Assembly: GCF_006345805.1 (NCBI RefSeq)
Contig: NC_043018.1
Location: 28,024,001 to 28,088,000, forward strand
Length of the DNA stretch: 64,000 nucleotides
Direction of reading: 5' to 3'
Source: Octopus sinensis
Lineage: Eukaryota
Shown here piece by piece: positions 40,674 to 54,778 of the stretch (position 1 is the first letter of the stretch; each line of letters starts with the position of its first letter). A program made the position numbers and the translations under genes. A model generated the notes under the pieces. It worked only from the letters and a program-made list of their open reading frames with translations. It made no database searches and was not told the origin of the DNA.

Positions 40674-41460
40674 CATCTAATGTATATATTATATGTATGT
40701 ATGTATGTATTAGTATGTATGTATGTATGTTTGTATGTATGTATGTATGTATGTATGTATGTATGTGTATGATGTATGTGTGTATGTTTGTATGTATGTA
40801 TGTATGTATGTATGTATGTAGTTGTGTGTATGTTTGTAATGTATGTATGTAGTATGTATGTATGTATGTCTGTATGTGTGTATGTTTGTATGTTTGTATG
40901 TATGTATGTTGTATGTATGTATGTATGTATGTGTTTATTTTTGTATGTTTGTATGTATGTATTATGTATGTATGTATGTATGTATGTATGTATGTGTGTA
41001 TGTTTGTATGTATGTAATGTATGTATGTATGTATGTATGTATGTGTGTATGTTTGTATGTTTGTATGTATGTATGTATGTATGTATGTATGTATGTATGT
41101 ATGATTGTATGTATGATGATATGTAAATGTAAGAGCTAAGGATTAAGATGTGGGAGGTTAGTACATTTCGAGCAGTCCGTAGAAGCTATAAAAAAAGTTT
41201 GAAGAACTATAGTGGTTTATTGACCTAGAAGGGTGTAAATGTTTCCCATATCGAAGTTCGATAATCTGAAACAAGTTATTTTATAGTTCAAGGTTAACAG
41301 GTAGGTTTGCTGAGTATGCAAACAAAAATCTAAAATGAGGAAATGGAGTAGATAATATAAAGGCTATACTTAGGTTTCATAGCTTGCAGAACCTCGGAAG
41401 TAGCAATTACCAAACGATTGGCAATCCGCTTGCAACTTGTTGGTTCAAAGACAACTTAAT

Positions 41461-41510
<50 letters not shown>

Positions 41511-41514
<4 letters not shown>

Positions 41515-41950
41515 TTTTTTCCGTAATGAGATAAAAAAAACCCAAGCTGTGTAGATTTTAGAACATTTATAAATAGAAAGTCTTACAGCTGTTTCTAGGA
41601 TATTTATTATATCCCTTTATCGGAGACGGTGTGAGAAGATGGTTAAGCAATAGTTAATTTAGATGCGATACGAAGTTGAGAGTGAGGTGGAGGAATGAAA
41701 ATAGATGAGATATACAAGGATATTTTATTTGTAGATCCATTATTTAGGCAGAATGTTATACATATAAGATTCCAATACCTTATGAGTAAAATCCAATAGT
41801 ATTTAAAATTGTCATTGCAAGTTAGAACCACATTCAGGCATATAGATAGTTCAACTCAAAAACGATCGTATGAAAAATGGAAGAGATGCATAAAGACCAC
41901 AAAAGCCATGATTGGCATCCATTAATGAATATACAGTCGTTGCCAAACGA
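41511..41950 (-). mobile_element. Decayed Penelope-like 3' end with hammerhead-like motif (41580-41627)
   Basis: NFKYYWILL..ICITFCLNN resembles the GIY-YIG C-terminal W.IL...CxLCLxE pattern; then GTCT|CCGATAA|A GGGATAT AATAA ATATCCT A|GAAA|CAGCTG|TA|AGAC; tail ends at (TA)n. Confidence 0.65.
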
Positions 41951-42493
41951 TTGGAAAATAGGTCTGAAAATTAGGATATTTATATTAAATGCCCCAAGTT
42001 ATATTAAATTTTCAATATATTATTACTTTTGTATATTATTGTATATTATTACTTAAGTTTGGAAGATGGACCTGAAAATCTTTTCTTCTAGATGTTCATT
42101 TATACTCTAGGCACAAAGCTTTTATTTTCACGGACCCTCAAATAATCTGTAACTTATACCGATTGATAGAATGCATGTGTATGTGTGTATGTCTGTTTGT
42201 GTGTGCGTATGTATTTATGAATATATATGTGTATGTGTGTGTGTGCATCTCTGTGTGTATGTGTGCGAATTTAAATGTTTGTGTGTGTGGTTTTTGAAAG
42301 AATTCTTGGTGCAATCATAATACCTTTCTTAAATTCAGAATTATTACATATATAAAATAAGATGTTTAAAATATAAAGCAGAATATCAAAAATATCTCTC
42401 TTTTCTGTGTTTTTAAAGATTTCGTTTATTTAATTAATGACTTTTAAATCAGGAGTACACACACAAACACAAACACACACACACACTCACACA

Positions 42494-42541
<48 letters not shown>

Positions 42542-42543
<2 letters not shown>

Positions 42544-42761
42544 CTGTAAAATAATATGTGACAATTATTCGGTAGCCAAGATAAAACTCTGAGTTTCGTG
42601 CGCCGAGGTGGAAAACCACAATACCATCTCTTGGCATCCGAAACTCAGAGTTTTATTTTGGCTACCGAATAATTGTCACATATTATTTTACAGATAAATT
42701 TCCTCTATTTACATAATATCGAGGTCTCTTTCTTTCTTTTGTTATCTTACCGTTTTTACCA
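42542..42761. mobile_element. Tail-out palindromic Penelope-type element, sibling of 27061-27289
   Basis: Same termini (atctgtaaaataatatgtgac... ...ttaccgtttttacca); the inversion junction falls inside the hammerhead core. Confidence 0.8.
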
Positions 42762-42974
42762 GTATATATATATGTATATATAAACACAAATATCCGTACA
42801 TATTTATGCAAATGCATTTGTGCGTGTGTATTTTGCAGTCATATTCCAAAATTATATTTTCATATATTTTCGTAACTTTGTACTTTTAGGTTTTGCCTGA
42901 AACGTCAGGTAAATATATATTCATATATGCGTGCATTTATGTATGTAAGTATGTGTACGTGTCTGCATGTATAA

Positions 42975-43020
<46 letters not shown>

Positions 43021-43087
43021 ATATATATATTATATAATATATATATAATATATAATATATATATATAATATATTATATATATATATT

Positions 43088-43119
<32 letters not shown>

Positions 43120-43189
43120 GTATGTATTTATGAACGTATTCACATATGGATGTGCACCTATCGAATTTATCTTTATATATATATTATAT

Positions 43190-43237
<48 letters not shown>

Positions 43238-43669
43238 CATATATGTATACATCTACGTATGTATATAACTTCTGCACGTTCAAGCGAGCACGTTGCACGT
43301 GTGAAGATATCGAAGTGTCTTCTAAACGACGGCTGTTCTGTGTGTTACGTCACAACTCTAGCATAAATGTCAACTATGATGACATCATAGCTGACACAAA
43401 TGTAACAACCAATTGTCAGAGGGATTTTCCTTCGATCACTTCACACAGACCAGCATATACAAACGGACATCTAGAGTCGCTCATTCTACTTCTTATCCTT
43501 ATCTCTAATATCTGAGTCCCTCTGCTATCTCTCCTTCTATCTTGTACACACCTATTTGTGTTTGTTGTGTGTGTGTGTGTGTGTGTGTGTCTGTGTCTGT
43601 ATCTATGTCTGTGTGTGTAGGTATATAAGTATGATTGCATCCGTGTATACACTCTTATCTACTTATTTA

Positions 43670-43714
<45 letters not shown>

Positions 43715-43882
43715 GTCTATCTGTCTGTCTGTCTGTCTGTCGTCTGCCTGTCTGTCTGTCTGTCTGTCTGTCTATGTGTCTCTCTGTCTGTATGCCTGCA
43801 TGCCTATCTACCTATCTGTCTGTCTGTCTATCTATCTATGTGTTTGTCTGTCTGCCTGTATACCTGGCTGTGTATCTATCTA

Positions 43883-43953
<71 letters not shown>

Positions 43954-44048
43954 GTCTGTCTGTCTGTCAATCTGTCTGTCTATCTGTCTGTCTGTCTCTC
44001 TGTCTATCTATCTATGTGTTTGTCTGCCTGTATGTTTGCCTGTCTATG

Positions 44049-44116
<68 letters not shown>

Positions 44117-44247
44117 AATCTATCTATCTACATGCTTGTTTGATACGGTGAATAGGCTCAAATATTTTATTTGAAAGGACAACATACGATTGCATATACA
44201 CCCATGCGTAACACGCACAAAGAAAGAGAGAGAGAAAGAGAAAGAAT

Positions 44248-44900
44248 TTTTCTAAGCCTTGTAAAGGAACTCGTAAGATTGGTTCTCCAGCCAGGCCTTT
44301 CGCGACACCCTTAAAGCCAAGAACCCCCCAGCCGTCCTCCTTTATATGAGGATATGATGGCAGTACTCTGGTGACTGAGGTCGATCATCACCGACCATAG
44401 CTCATGCAATATGCCTGTAATATGTGCATGTAGTTATTGTACTCCCAATAATCTTTACTCGGATTTGCATCCAGGACTCACATTATGTCCACGCTACCCT
44501 CCAACTCGACATGGCAACCGAAAAATGCTGACTATTGCATAACCTAAAATTTTAGGTGCTCTAAGTCTTGATGAGCACCTCATAGACTGTCTCTACCAGT
44601 TTGAGATGATCCAGAGACAAGCCAAGGTAAGATACCCAATAACAAAACGGGTTGCAGGCTCAGGAATATGTGCTACTGGTAACATGGAATCCAGTGAAAC
44701 CTGTTGCATGCTCGGTCGGTGGAGACTAAACTAGTCTTTCTTTGTGAGGGGCTTCTGCTAGTCATACAGCAGGTCAAAAAATAAGAACTGCCAAAAGGCC
44801 GAAAGGACTTTGTGAAGAGTAAATGATTATCACGGACACTCAGAAATTCCGAGTTGGTGTCCGGTCTGTTGGGAGACCATTGAGAGGGAGGCATTCCTTG
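44248..44900. repeat. Unclassified decayed interspersed repeat; its end recurs at 45548-45640
   Basis: tttctaagccttgtaaa..ccaggccttt..ttaaagcca.gaac is shared between the two loci; no diagnostic protein motif recognised. Confidence 0.35.
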
Positions 44901-44949
44901 TCTTTTATTTCCGGCATGTCTCTAGGAGAAGGTCAGTCTGATATAATAC

Positions 44950-45176
44950 CTATTTCTTTTGTACCCACAAGGGGCTAAACACACAGAGGACAAACAAGGA
45001 CAAACAAACGGATTAAGTCGATTATATCGACCCCAGTGGGTAACTGATACTTATTTTATAGATCCCGAAAGGATGAAAGGCAAAGTCGACCTCTGCGGAA
45101 TTTGAACTCAGAACGTAGCGGCAGACGAAATACTGCTACGCATTTCGCCCACCGTGCTAACGTTTCGGCCAGCTCG
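44950..45176 (-). mobile_element. SINE family B, full length
   Basis: cccacaaggggctaaacacacagag..ggattaagtcgattatatcgacccc..gcaaagtcgacctc..tttgaactcagaacgtagcggcagacg..cagctcgc. Confidence 0.92.
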
Positions 45177-45359
45177 CAAGGAATGGCATCGAACACATAC
45201 ACTCAGATATACACAGACTCAGACACACACTCAGACACACACATGCACATGCACAGCGCACACCTATCCACAGACACACAGACACATACGCACAAAGGCA
45301 TACACACAGATATAAATAATTAGATAGATGGTTGGATGGATAGATGGATGAATAGGTAG

Positions 45360-45434
<75 letters not shown>

Positions 45435-46185
45435 CAGATAGATAGATTGGATTGGTTAAAAGAAAATAACAGTATGATCAATCAATTATGATCTTATTCA
45501 ACATATTCCTCTCAAAGATTCACACACTTATTACAGCAGTCCTTCCATTTTTCTAAGCCTTGTAAAAAAAGTCGGAAGTTTGGGCCTTCGACCAGGCCTT
45601 TCTCTGTCCCTTTAAAGCCAGGAACTTTAGCAGCAACCCCTCATGGATAGATAGATTGATAGACAGATTGACAGATTAATAGTCAGATAGAAAGAGAGAT
45701 GAATCGATCGATTGATTGATTGATTGATTGATAAATGAATATATTTCTTCGCCGTAGTGTTGGAGCAAGTTTAAAACATTTGAAAGTCATCATCATTTTA
45801 TAAAACCTAGTAACATCTTATCTAGCACCTTTTCTCAATCCTTGCAACTTGTCTACCGGAAGCGACGGGGGATCCGGTCTCACTCTTTGGGAAACACTGC
45901 ATTAGCATGAGTGGTCATATTTGGATACATTACTCCAAATGAATGTTCCTTGAGGAATTTTGTAAGGTTAGTTGTCGTGAGAAGTGAAGCGTATATTAGT
46001 GTACGTGTGTCTGCCGCGTGCCGTGTGCCATTTGCCTTGGTATGTAACATGTGCCATTGCTGCATTAGACCGCACCAATATGAGTTAATGTACTGCCACA
46101 ACCATTAGTTTTGATGATGGGTGATCGACATATCCTCCGCTTTCTGATTTGATTTAAACAGCTAACTCTCTCCTCCCTCTCTCTC

Positions 46186-46224
<39 letters not shown>

Positions 46225-46337
46225 TCTATATTCTATTATATATAAGTATATTATAATATACGTATTATATTATATATAAATTTGACAGATAGAGGAATAT
46301 TAATATTTCCATTTCGCTCACTATTTGTCTACACTCT

Positions 46338-46429
<92 letters not shown>

Positions 46430-46651
46430 AAACAGCAAATATAAATATGCTCTATTAAAAATAATTATACTGTAGTTTTAATTTGTTTAATCAAAGTACT
46501 TTCATATTTTTGTGTGAGTAACATTGATAAATTTTCTCATTCATGCAGTTTATAATGTTGTACCAAGCCCATAAAATTTTTTGTTCCTAGCAAATATGAG
46601 TAAGCATTTTGCTCTCTGTACTCGAGGAAAGGCACCATAGAGAATGACAGT

Positions 46652-46950
46652 TGTTCCTTCTCGAGCAATGCCTGGCTCATAAGGGCCAGTTTCCCGGTTT
46701 TCTTGGCATATAGGTTCCCCACTTTGACGGGATGCCGGTTCGTCGCAGGTGAGCTTCAAGATGCCGGAGGAAAGAGTGAGAGAAAGTTGTGGCGAAAGAG
46801 TCAGCAGAAGTTCGCTATTACCTTCTGCCGGAGCCGCGTGGAGCTTAGGTGTTTCGCTCATAAACACACACATGACCCGGTCTGACATTCGAACCCACGA
46901 TCCCTCGACCGCGAGTCCGCTGCTCTAATCACTAGGCCATATGCCTCCAC
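46652..46950 (-). mobile_element. SINE family D, full length with 11-bp target-site duplication
   Basis: AGAATGACAGT at 46641-46651 and 46951-46961; minus-strand A/B boxes ggcctagtgattag / gggttcgaatg. Confidence 0.95.
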
Positions 46951-47275
46951 AGAATGACAGTAGCTTTCCTAAAAGCGCTGCTAGAGTGGTGCTCTCGCAG
47001 GATGCCTAACAAGGCTTTGAGTGTAATATGAGACACCATGTGTAGTCATTGCAAGCAACTTCGCCCGATGTAGATCACCACCTTTGACAAGATTGGCGAG
47101 AAGAAAATACCCGTTGCTAGTTCTATGCCTTGGGTCAATCTACAACAGTTAATGACTGGGAGCTGAACGTTGATCTTAAGAAGCAGATGAAACACCTCAA
47201 AACTCTCCCTTCGCCATCATTACGAGAATTGCGATTTTGATCCGAGAAGCATCCAAGCAGCTGATTATGCTACAA

Positions 47276-47821
47276 CAGCGGTTCGAAACCCTTTCATTAC
47301 TGTTTTACACTTGTGGACCCTCATAACCATTCGTTGCTTAAAATCCTTTTTCTAGAAACTTCCTTCAAAATTCTTCAAACTTCCCATTCCTTTGTGTAGG
47401 CTGACTTGTGTAAAACGCTAGAGAAAGAAAATGAACTACTCCTTACATCCTAAGCAAAGTTTGTTCACGGACCCTTAAAATACTACGCGGATCCCCAGAT
47501 TACTATTTTGCTTACGTAGGTCCCTTTTATTACTATTTTATTCTGGTGGAGTCCCATAGCCATTTGATGTTTAAAACTAGTTTTACAGAATATTCCTTCA
47601 CAATTCCTAAGTTGTTTTCCACCCATTCGCCTCTGTAGGCTGACTTGGGAAAACGCTAGAGAAAGAAATGAACTTTTTCTAATAGTTACATCTCAAGTAA
47701 AATTCGTTCATGGATCCTTAAAATACTACGTGGATCCCGAATTTATCATTTTACTCGCAGGGAGCCCCAAATATCTTATATGGACTCTCATGGATCGTAT
47801 GGACCATGGTTAAAGACCACT
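47276..47821. mobile_element. hAT-like non-autonomous element with an internal tandem duplication of about 245 bp
   Basis: Left cagcggttcgaaaccc; right reverse complement tagtggtctttaacc; gtaggctgacttg..aaaacgctagagaaagaaa..ccttaaaatactacg.ggatccc occurs twice. Confidence 0.6.
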
Positions 47822-48799
47822 ATATTAGAAGTCTCTGTTCCCTGGGAGGACAGCAGTGAGGAAGCTAACGAGAAAAAACTCGGAGGATCAGCAGAGAGTA
47901 ACCTTCTCTCTAACATGAATATTTATATTTGGTATTGCTTTGAGCAGGTTTTTCTGTTTGTAAATTTGTAAATTGAAACGTACATGCATATACATGTTTG
48001 CACGCATATGTATGTATATATGTATGTATGCAAATATACACACACACACACATACACACACACAATATATATATATATATAATATATATGAATGTTGTAT
48101 ATATACATATGTAGTTCCATGTTCATATATTCACCATATATATATATATATATTATATATATATATATATATATAGTATAGTATATATATATATATTGAT
48201 ACACATATATGTAGTCACACATACATGGACAATCACACACACATACACACACATATAGACGTACGCATATGCAATGAGACACATGCACACACACACACGC
48301 CCCCCCCCACACACACACACGTCTATACTTTAGCTAGCTCGCTAGATAGTTACGATGAAAAATAACATGAGAATATAGGAATTTCGTATGAGCAATAAGT
48401 TATCCGCCACTCAAAGTTCATGACTTCTCCATTAAGATATACTTCAGAATAAATTAGAATGGAACTTCAATTCTAAGGAATATATTTCTTAAAAGCATGG
48501 CCTACATTTCAGGAGAGAAAACTGTCAAGCGGAGATATTTCACAAGAATTTCGACTCCATTTTGTTATGTAGGTATAGGTCAGAAATTGCTAGATGTAAG
48601 ATTGACGAGAGATTTGAAATAAAATGCAACCATATAAATCAATCTATTCTATCGATTTGTTTTCACTAAACATACTGCAAATTTTCACGAGAGTTGAGTT
48701 ATGCTAAATTGAATGGACAAAAACCGGGGTATATGACTGGTGTATTTAAGTTACCAGCCAGCGAAAGGATGTAGGTGAAGGTGGAAGCTGTATGCCAAG

Positions 48800-49065
48800 G
48801 AAGGAGTTTGTTTCTCAACCACTTGGTTTCGTGGTTCGCTTCCACTGAAAGGCATTTCTTTGGCTATAGCCACGGGCCGGCCAAAGACTTGTGAGGGGAT
48901 TTAGCTAACGAAAACTGGAAGAAACCAGTTCTGAGTTCAAACACCGTAGAGGTCGACTTTGTGTTTCAACTTTTCGGGGCAGATACAAATAAGTACAAGT
49001 TGAGCACTGTGGTTAATGTAATCGACCTACCCTCTTCCCCAGGCCTAGCGTCTTTAGTAGAAAAG
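48800..49065 (+). mobile_element. SINE family A head fragment fused to a SINE family B 3' fragment
   Basis: caaccacttgg..ggccggccaaagacttgtgag..gaaaactggaagaaacc then gttctgagttcaaacaccg..gaggtcgacttt. Confidence 0.65.
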
Positions 49066-49590
<525 letters not shown>

Positions 49591-49769
49591 TTGCCTTTGC
49601 ACAGCTTCTAACACTGGAGATGTACTACGGTATCAGCAGCTCAGTATCAGTGAACTAAGGCAAGACCTGTTATTTTTCGAGCACCTTCCGGAGTACTCAA
49701 GTGGTTCCAAGCAGTGCTTTTTTCTGCAAATTGTCCACCCTTCTGGCAGCCTCTATTTGTTCCATGAAC

Positions 49770-49956
49770 TTTTTCTTCTTCTTCTTCTTCTTCTTCTTCT
49801 TCTTCTTCTTCTTCTTCTTCTTCTTCTTCTTCTTCTCCTTCTCCTCCTCCTTCTCCTCCTCCTCCTCCTCCTCCTCCTCCTCCATCTTCTTCTCCTCCTC
49901 CTTCTTCTTCTCCTCCTCCTCCTCCCCTCCTCCTCCTTCTCCTCCTCCTCCTCCTC

Positions 49957-49987
<31 letters not shown>

Positions 49988-49990
49988 TTA
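49770..49990. repeat. (TTC)n/(CTC)n polypyrimidine microsatellite
   Basis: Directly visible. Confidence 0.95.
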
Positions 49991-50002
49991 TTATTATTAT
50001 AT

Positions 50003-50215
50003 TGGCGATCTGGCAGAAACGTTAACACGCCGGGCGAAATGCGTAGCCGTATTTCGTCTGCCGTTACGTTCTGTGTTCAAATTCCGCCGAGGTCGACTTT
50101 CCCGTTCATCGTTTCGGTGTCGATAAATTAAGCACCAGTTACGCACTGGGGTTGATATAATCGACTTAATCCGTTTTTTCTGTCCTTGATGTCCCCTTGT
50201 GGTTAGTAAAGAAAC
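50003..50215 (+). mobile_element. SINE family B, full length
   Basis: ggcgatctggcagaaacgttaacacgccgggcgaaatgc..gttcaaattccgccgaggtcgacttt..cactggggttgatataatcgacttaatcc. Confidence 0.92.
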
Positions 50216-51210
50216 ATATTATTATTATTATTATTATTATTATTATCTAACGGTTTTCTAAGCGTCGAACTGGAGAATAAGTAGAGCATCAGACGATATA
50301 TTTGAACTATTTACTCACAGCCCTTTACGTTCCGTGTTGAAATTCTACCGAGTCCGGTTTTTCCTATAATCCTTCTGGTGTTGATCAAATTAAGTACTTA
50401 TCAAATACAAAGGTCGATATAATCTATAACAGTGCTTTTCATCCGCAGCTACCTCCAGATGGGTGTAAGAAATCAATACGAGGCTATTTGGTGATCAAGA
50501 AGTGCAGCTTGTGTCTTCTTTCTTCTTTCTTCTCTTCTGCCATCATCATCGTCGTCGTCGTTGTTATCACCATCATAATCATCATCATCATCATCATCAT
50601 CATCGTTATCATCATCTTCTTCTTCGTCGTCGTCATCAAAATCAGGATCATCGTCATCATCATTAATTTCACATTCTTCCTCGTCGTCATCGTCGCCGTC
50701 GTCATCATCATAATCATCACCATAGTCATCGTTATCATTATCATCAGAATCATTATCATCATCTTCCTGGGCATCATCATAATCATCATCAATATCATAG
50801 TCATCGTCATCTTTATCATCATCAGCATCATCTTACTTGGCATCATCATCATAATCATCATCATCTTACTTGGCATCATCATCATAATCATCATCATCGT
50901 CAACATCATCATCATCACCATCATCATCACTTGAAAGTTAGCATTTTCATCGCAAATGAAAAGGAAAGAACAACGAATAACATTAGAAACACCACCACCA
51001 TCACCACCACCATCACCACCACCACCACCACCACCACCACCACCGCAGCCGCTGCCACCACCTCCGCCGCCTCTGCTATCACCACCACTACCACCCTCCA
51101 TCACCACCATCACAAGCCCCACCAAGAATAACAACAGTAAACATCAACAACAGCAGCGACTTCACCCTCAGAAATGAACAAGAAAAAGAAGAAGAAGAAG
51201 AAGAAGAAGA

Positions 51211-51257
<47 letters not shown>

Positions 51258-52089
51258 TGATGATGGTGGTGGTGGTGGTGGTGGTGATGATGATGAAGAT
51301 GAAGGAGGAGGAAGAAGAGGAAGAGGAGGGAGGAGGGGAGGAGGGGAGGGGGAAGTGGAAAAGAGCAAGAACAACAGCAACGACAACAACAATAACTGTC
51401 AGAACAATAAGACAACCACAACCAGATCCACTACCGCCAACACCATACAACAGCAGCATCAACATCAACAACCACAACAGCAATAACAACAACCACAGCA
51501 GCAGCAAGAGCCAATGATAAAATCTGTATAAGGTGACCTTCCCTCCTCTCTCCTTCCCCACCTCATTACATAGATTTTTGTTTTTATATATTCTTTTTTT
51601 TATTATTTTTGTTCTAAAATGTTGTTTCGTAGTAATAGGATTGATGTGGAGGTAAGCAATCATTTAAAAGAGGATTTCATTGGATTCGCTCAGAAGTTAA
51701 GTAGCGACATCTGTGCTGAAGTATGGGAAATAATTTTATAAATAAATACAGCCAGGCAGCGAAAAGTAGCGGCGAATAAATAGACACAATGAGCGTGAAA
51801 GATTGATAACCTCACCTAATCAATAACCGATAACCGATGGGAAGAACACGAAGATCAACATTAAGAAAATAACAAAAAAATCTATCACCAATGCCGACAA
51901 CACCATCGCTGTCGATATTATCAATTGTGCCGCCGCTGCCGCCACGAGGAGTGCGGCAATCTTAGTTTCTTTGTTGTCTTCACCCAGAATGGTCCATTAT
52001 GGCCAGAGGTGGAGCAGTTTTAACAAGAGGCGAAGGGTTTGTGTTCGCGTTGGTTCTTTTGGATATGTTTGTTGTTGTAGTTGTTGTTG

Positions 52090-52121
<32 letters not shown>

Positions 52122-52348
52122 GGTCGTCGTCGTCGTTGTGTTGGGGATGTGGTTTTATTTGTGGTAAAGAAAGAGAGAGAGAGAGGGGGAGGGAGGTAAG
52201 GGATAAAGAAAGGGAAGAGAGAACAGAAAAGGATTCCATTCGAGGAAGAATATGAAAAATAACAAGGCAGAAACGGATTGAGAAGCGTTCGTGTAGACTG
52301 GCCCAAAATTGTGAAAATCACCGTTTATTTTAAAACCTGATGCTAAAG

Positions 52349-52409
<61 letters not shown>

Positions 52410-52769
52410 TTATGAGATATGAGGAGAGGAAGGAAAGCAAGGAGATAGGAGAGAAAAGGAAAGGGAGAGAGGATGGCGCCCTGCGGAATGCCAGATTTCT
52501 CAATCAAATTTCCTGACATGTAAAGCGCTAATAGCTTAGCAGTTTAACACGAACACAGGAGGCGGTGAGTTGATGGGTTTAAGCTAAGAATAAGAGAAAA
52601 AGGGAGAGAGAAAGAGAAAGAGAGAAAAAGGGAGGGAGAGAGAGACAGTGAGAGGAATAGCGAGAGGACGATAAATCCACAAGCCGAAGGAGCACGGAAG
52701 AGAAGCATTGGCCATAGTAGTAGTAGAAGCAGCAGCAACAGCAACAACAACAGCATCAGCAGCAGTGGC

Positions 52770-52833
<64 letters not shown>

Positions 52834-53215
52834 ATAGTAGTAGTAGTATAGTAGTAGAACAACAACATTAGGATAAATATGATGATGAAGATGATGATGT
52901 TGAAGGAGAAGTAGAAGAAGAAAAAGAAGAAGAAAAAGAAGAAGAAGAAAAAGAAGAAGAAGAAGAAGAAGAAGAAGAAGAAGAAGAAGAAGAAGAAGAT
53001 TTAATAATAATACAAACGAAGTCTTCTCCAAACGTCCCAGCGAGATAGACAGACAGATCAACCGACTGACAGACAGACGGTCAGACGGACAGACCCACCG
53101 ATCGACAGACCGACAGACCGACAGACATTGCAATGAGATCAATGTCCAGTAATGGTATTACTAACCCCAACCAACTTGGATGTTTTTTTTTTCTTCCTTT
53201 TTCCTTTCTTTTTTC

Positions 53216-53261
<46 letters not shown>

Positions 53262-53579
53262 TTTCACTTTTCGATTCTTCTCTCCAGCTTGGAAGATTTC
53301 AGTACTTTGCAAACACGCGAAATGAAATGAACCGACTAAAAACTGCACGATTACTACAGAGCATAAAAACACCACCACCAATAACAACAACAGCAACTCC
53401 ACCACCACTACCACCACCAACACCACCAGCACGAACAACAACAGTAGCAGCAACAGCAACAACAGCGGTAGCAGCATCAAAAACTACAAGAACAACAAAA
53501 GCGTCAACAACGAAATGAATGCCATTTTCATCCATTTCACTAGAATTGTCTGCGTCCCGGACAAAATGCTTCAAATTTT

Positions 53580-53715
53580 GGCACAAGACCAACCACATGG
53601 TTCCGGGTTCAGTCCCAACGTGTGCCACCTAGGGCGAGTGTCTTCTAAAATAGCCAAGAGTCGACCAAACCCTTGTGTGTGGGATTTGGTAGACGGAAGC
53701 TGAAAGAAGCCCGTC

Positions 53716-53769
<54 letters not shown>

Positions 53770-54012
53770 TGTGCGTTTGTGTGCGTGTGTGGGTCTGTCT
53801 GTCTGTGTCTGTGTTTGTCCCTCCAACTTCGCTTGACAACCGATGCTGGTATGTTTACGTCCCCGCAACTTAGCGGTTCGGCAAAAAGTGCCCGATAGAA
53901 TAAGTACTAGGCTTACAAAGAATAAGTCCTGGGGTCGATTTGCTCGGCTAAAGGTGGTACTCTAGCATGATCGCAGTCAAATGACTGGAACAAATAAAAG
54001 AATAAAAGAATA
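53580..54012 (+). mobile_element. SINE family A, full length with internal (GT)n
   Basis: caaccacatggttccgggttcagtccc..gatttggtagacggaagctgaaagaagcccgtcg (GT)n ..cttgacaaccgatgctgg..gtcctggggtcgatttgc..caaatgactg..aataaaagaataaaagaata. Confidence 0.95.
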
Positions 54013-54029
54013 AGTCCAGTTAAGACGGA

Positions 54030-54367
54030 GAAGGGGATAATTCGATTACATCGATCCTACTGTTCAACTGATGCCTCTTTTATCGATTCCGGGAGTATGA
54101 AAGGCTAAGTCTTCCTCTGCCGTATTTGAAATCAGTACAAAAAGACGGACTTTTTTTGCCTGGCGTACAAAGGATTCTGCCACGCTCACTGCCTTAGTAA
54201 TACTAATAATAATAACTTTTTCACCTATAGGCATACGGCATGGAGTTTTGGTGGTAGGGACTAATCGATTCCATCGACCCCAGTATTTCACAGATACTTA
54301 ATTTATCGACCCCGAAACAATGAAAGGCAAAGTCTTCATCATCATCATCATCACCACCACCACCATC

Positions 54368-54413
<46 letters not shown>

Positions 54414-54778
54414 CCACCACCACCAACTTTCTAGCTCTTGTTTAGCTCGCCAGCAACGTCTCGCAAAGCGCAAGATCCTTTCTCTTATAATCAGTGGTTC
54501 TCAACCGGGATCCATATGAAACCTGGGGCCCTATATGTTCCCTGGGGCTCTATATTTATGTGCAATAAATTGATTATGCTTCTATGGTGCGCAGCATATT
54601 TTAACAATTTTTTAAAATACAGTTCCTAATAATACGTAATTATAAAAATACAATAGGATTTTTTTAAACATTTAATGACTCGGCGGCCTCGGCGGAATTT
54701 GAGCTCAGAACACGAAGACAGGTGAAATACCGTTAAGTATTTGGCTCGGAGTTCTAACGATTCTGCCAGATCACCAAC
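54030..54778. mobile_element. Cluster of decayed minus-strand SINE B fragments plus a hAT-like end at 54492 (cagtggttctcaaccggg)
   Basis: tatcgacccc..gaaaggc and tttgagctcagaac motifs at about 54030-54130, 54250-54335 and 54675-54778. Confidence 0.6.

Noticed and set aside
52200-52239. MESFSVLSSL as the NK1 eh1 motif
   Set aside because: Arises from a CT-rich tract, lacks the DIL(D)P continuation, and the frame closes without a phase-1 donor.
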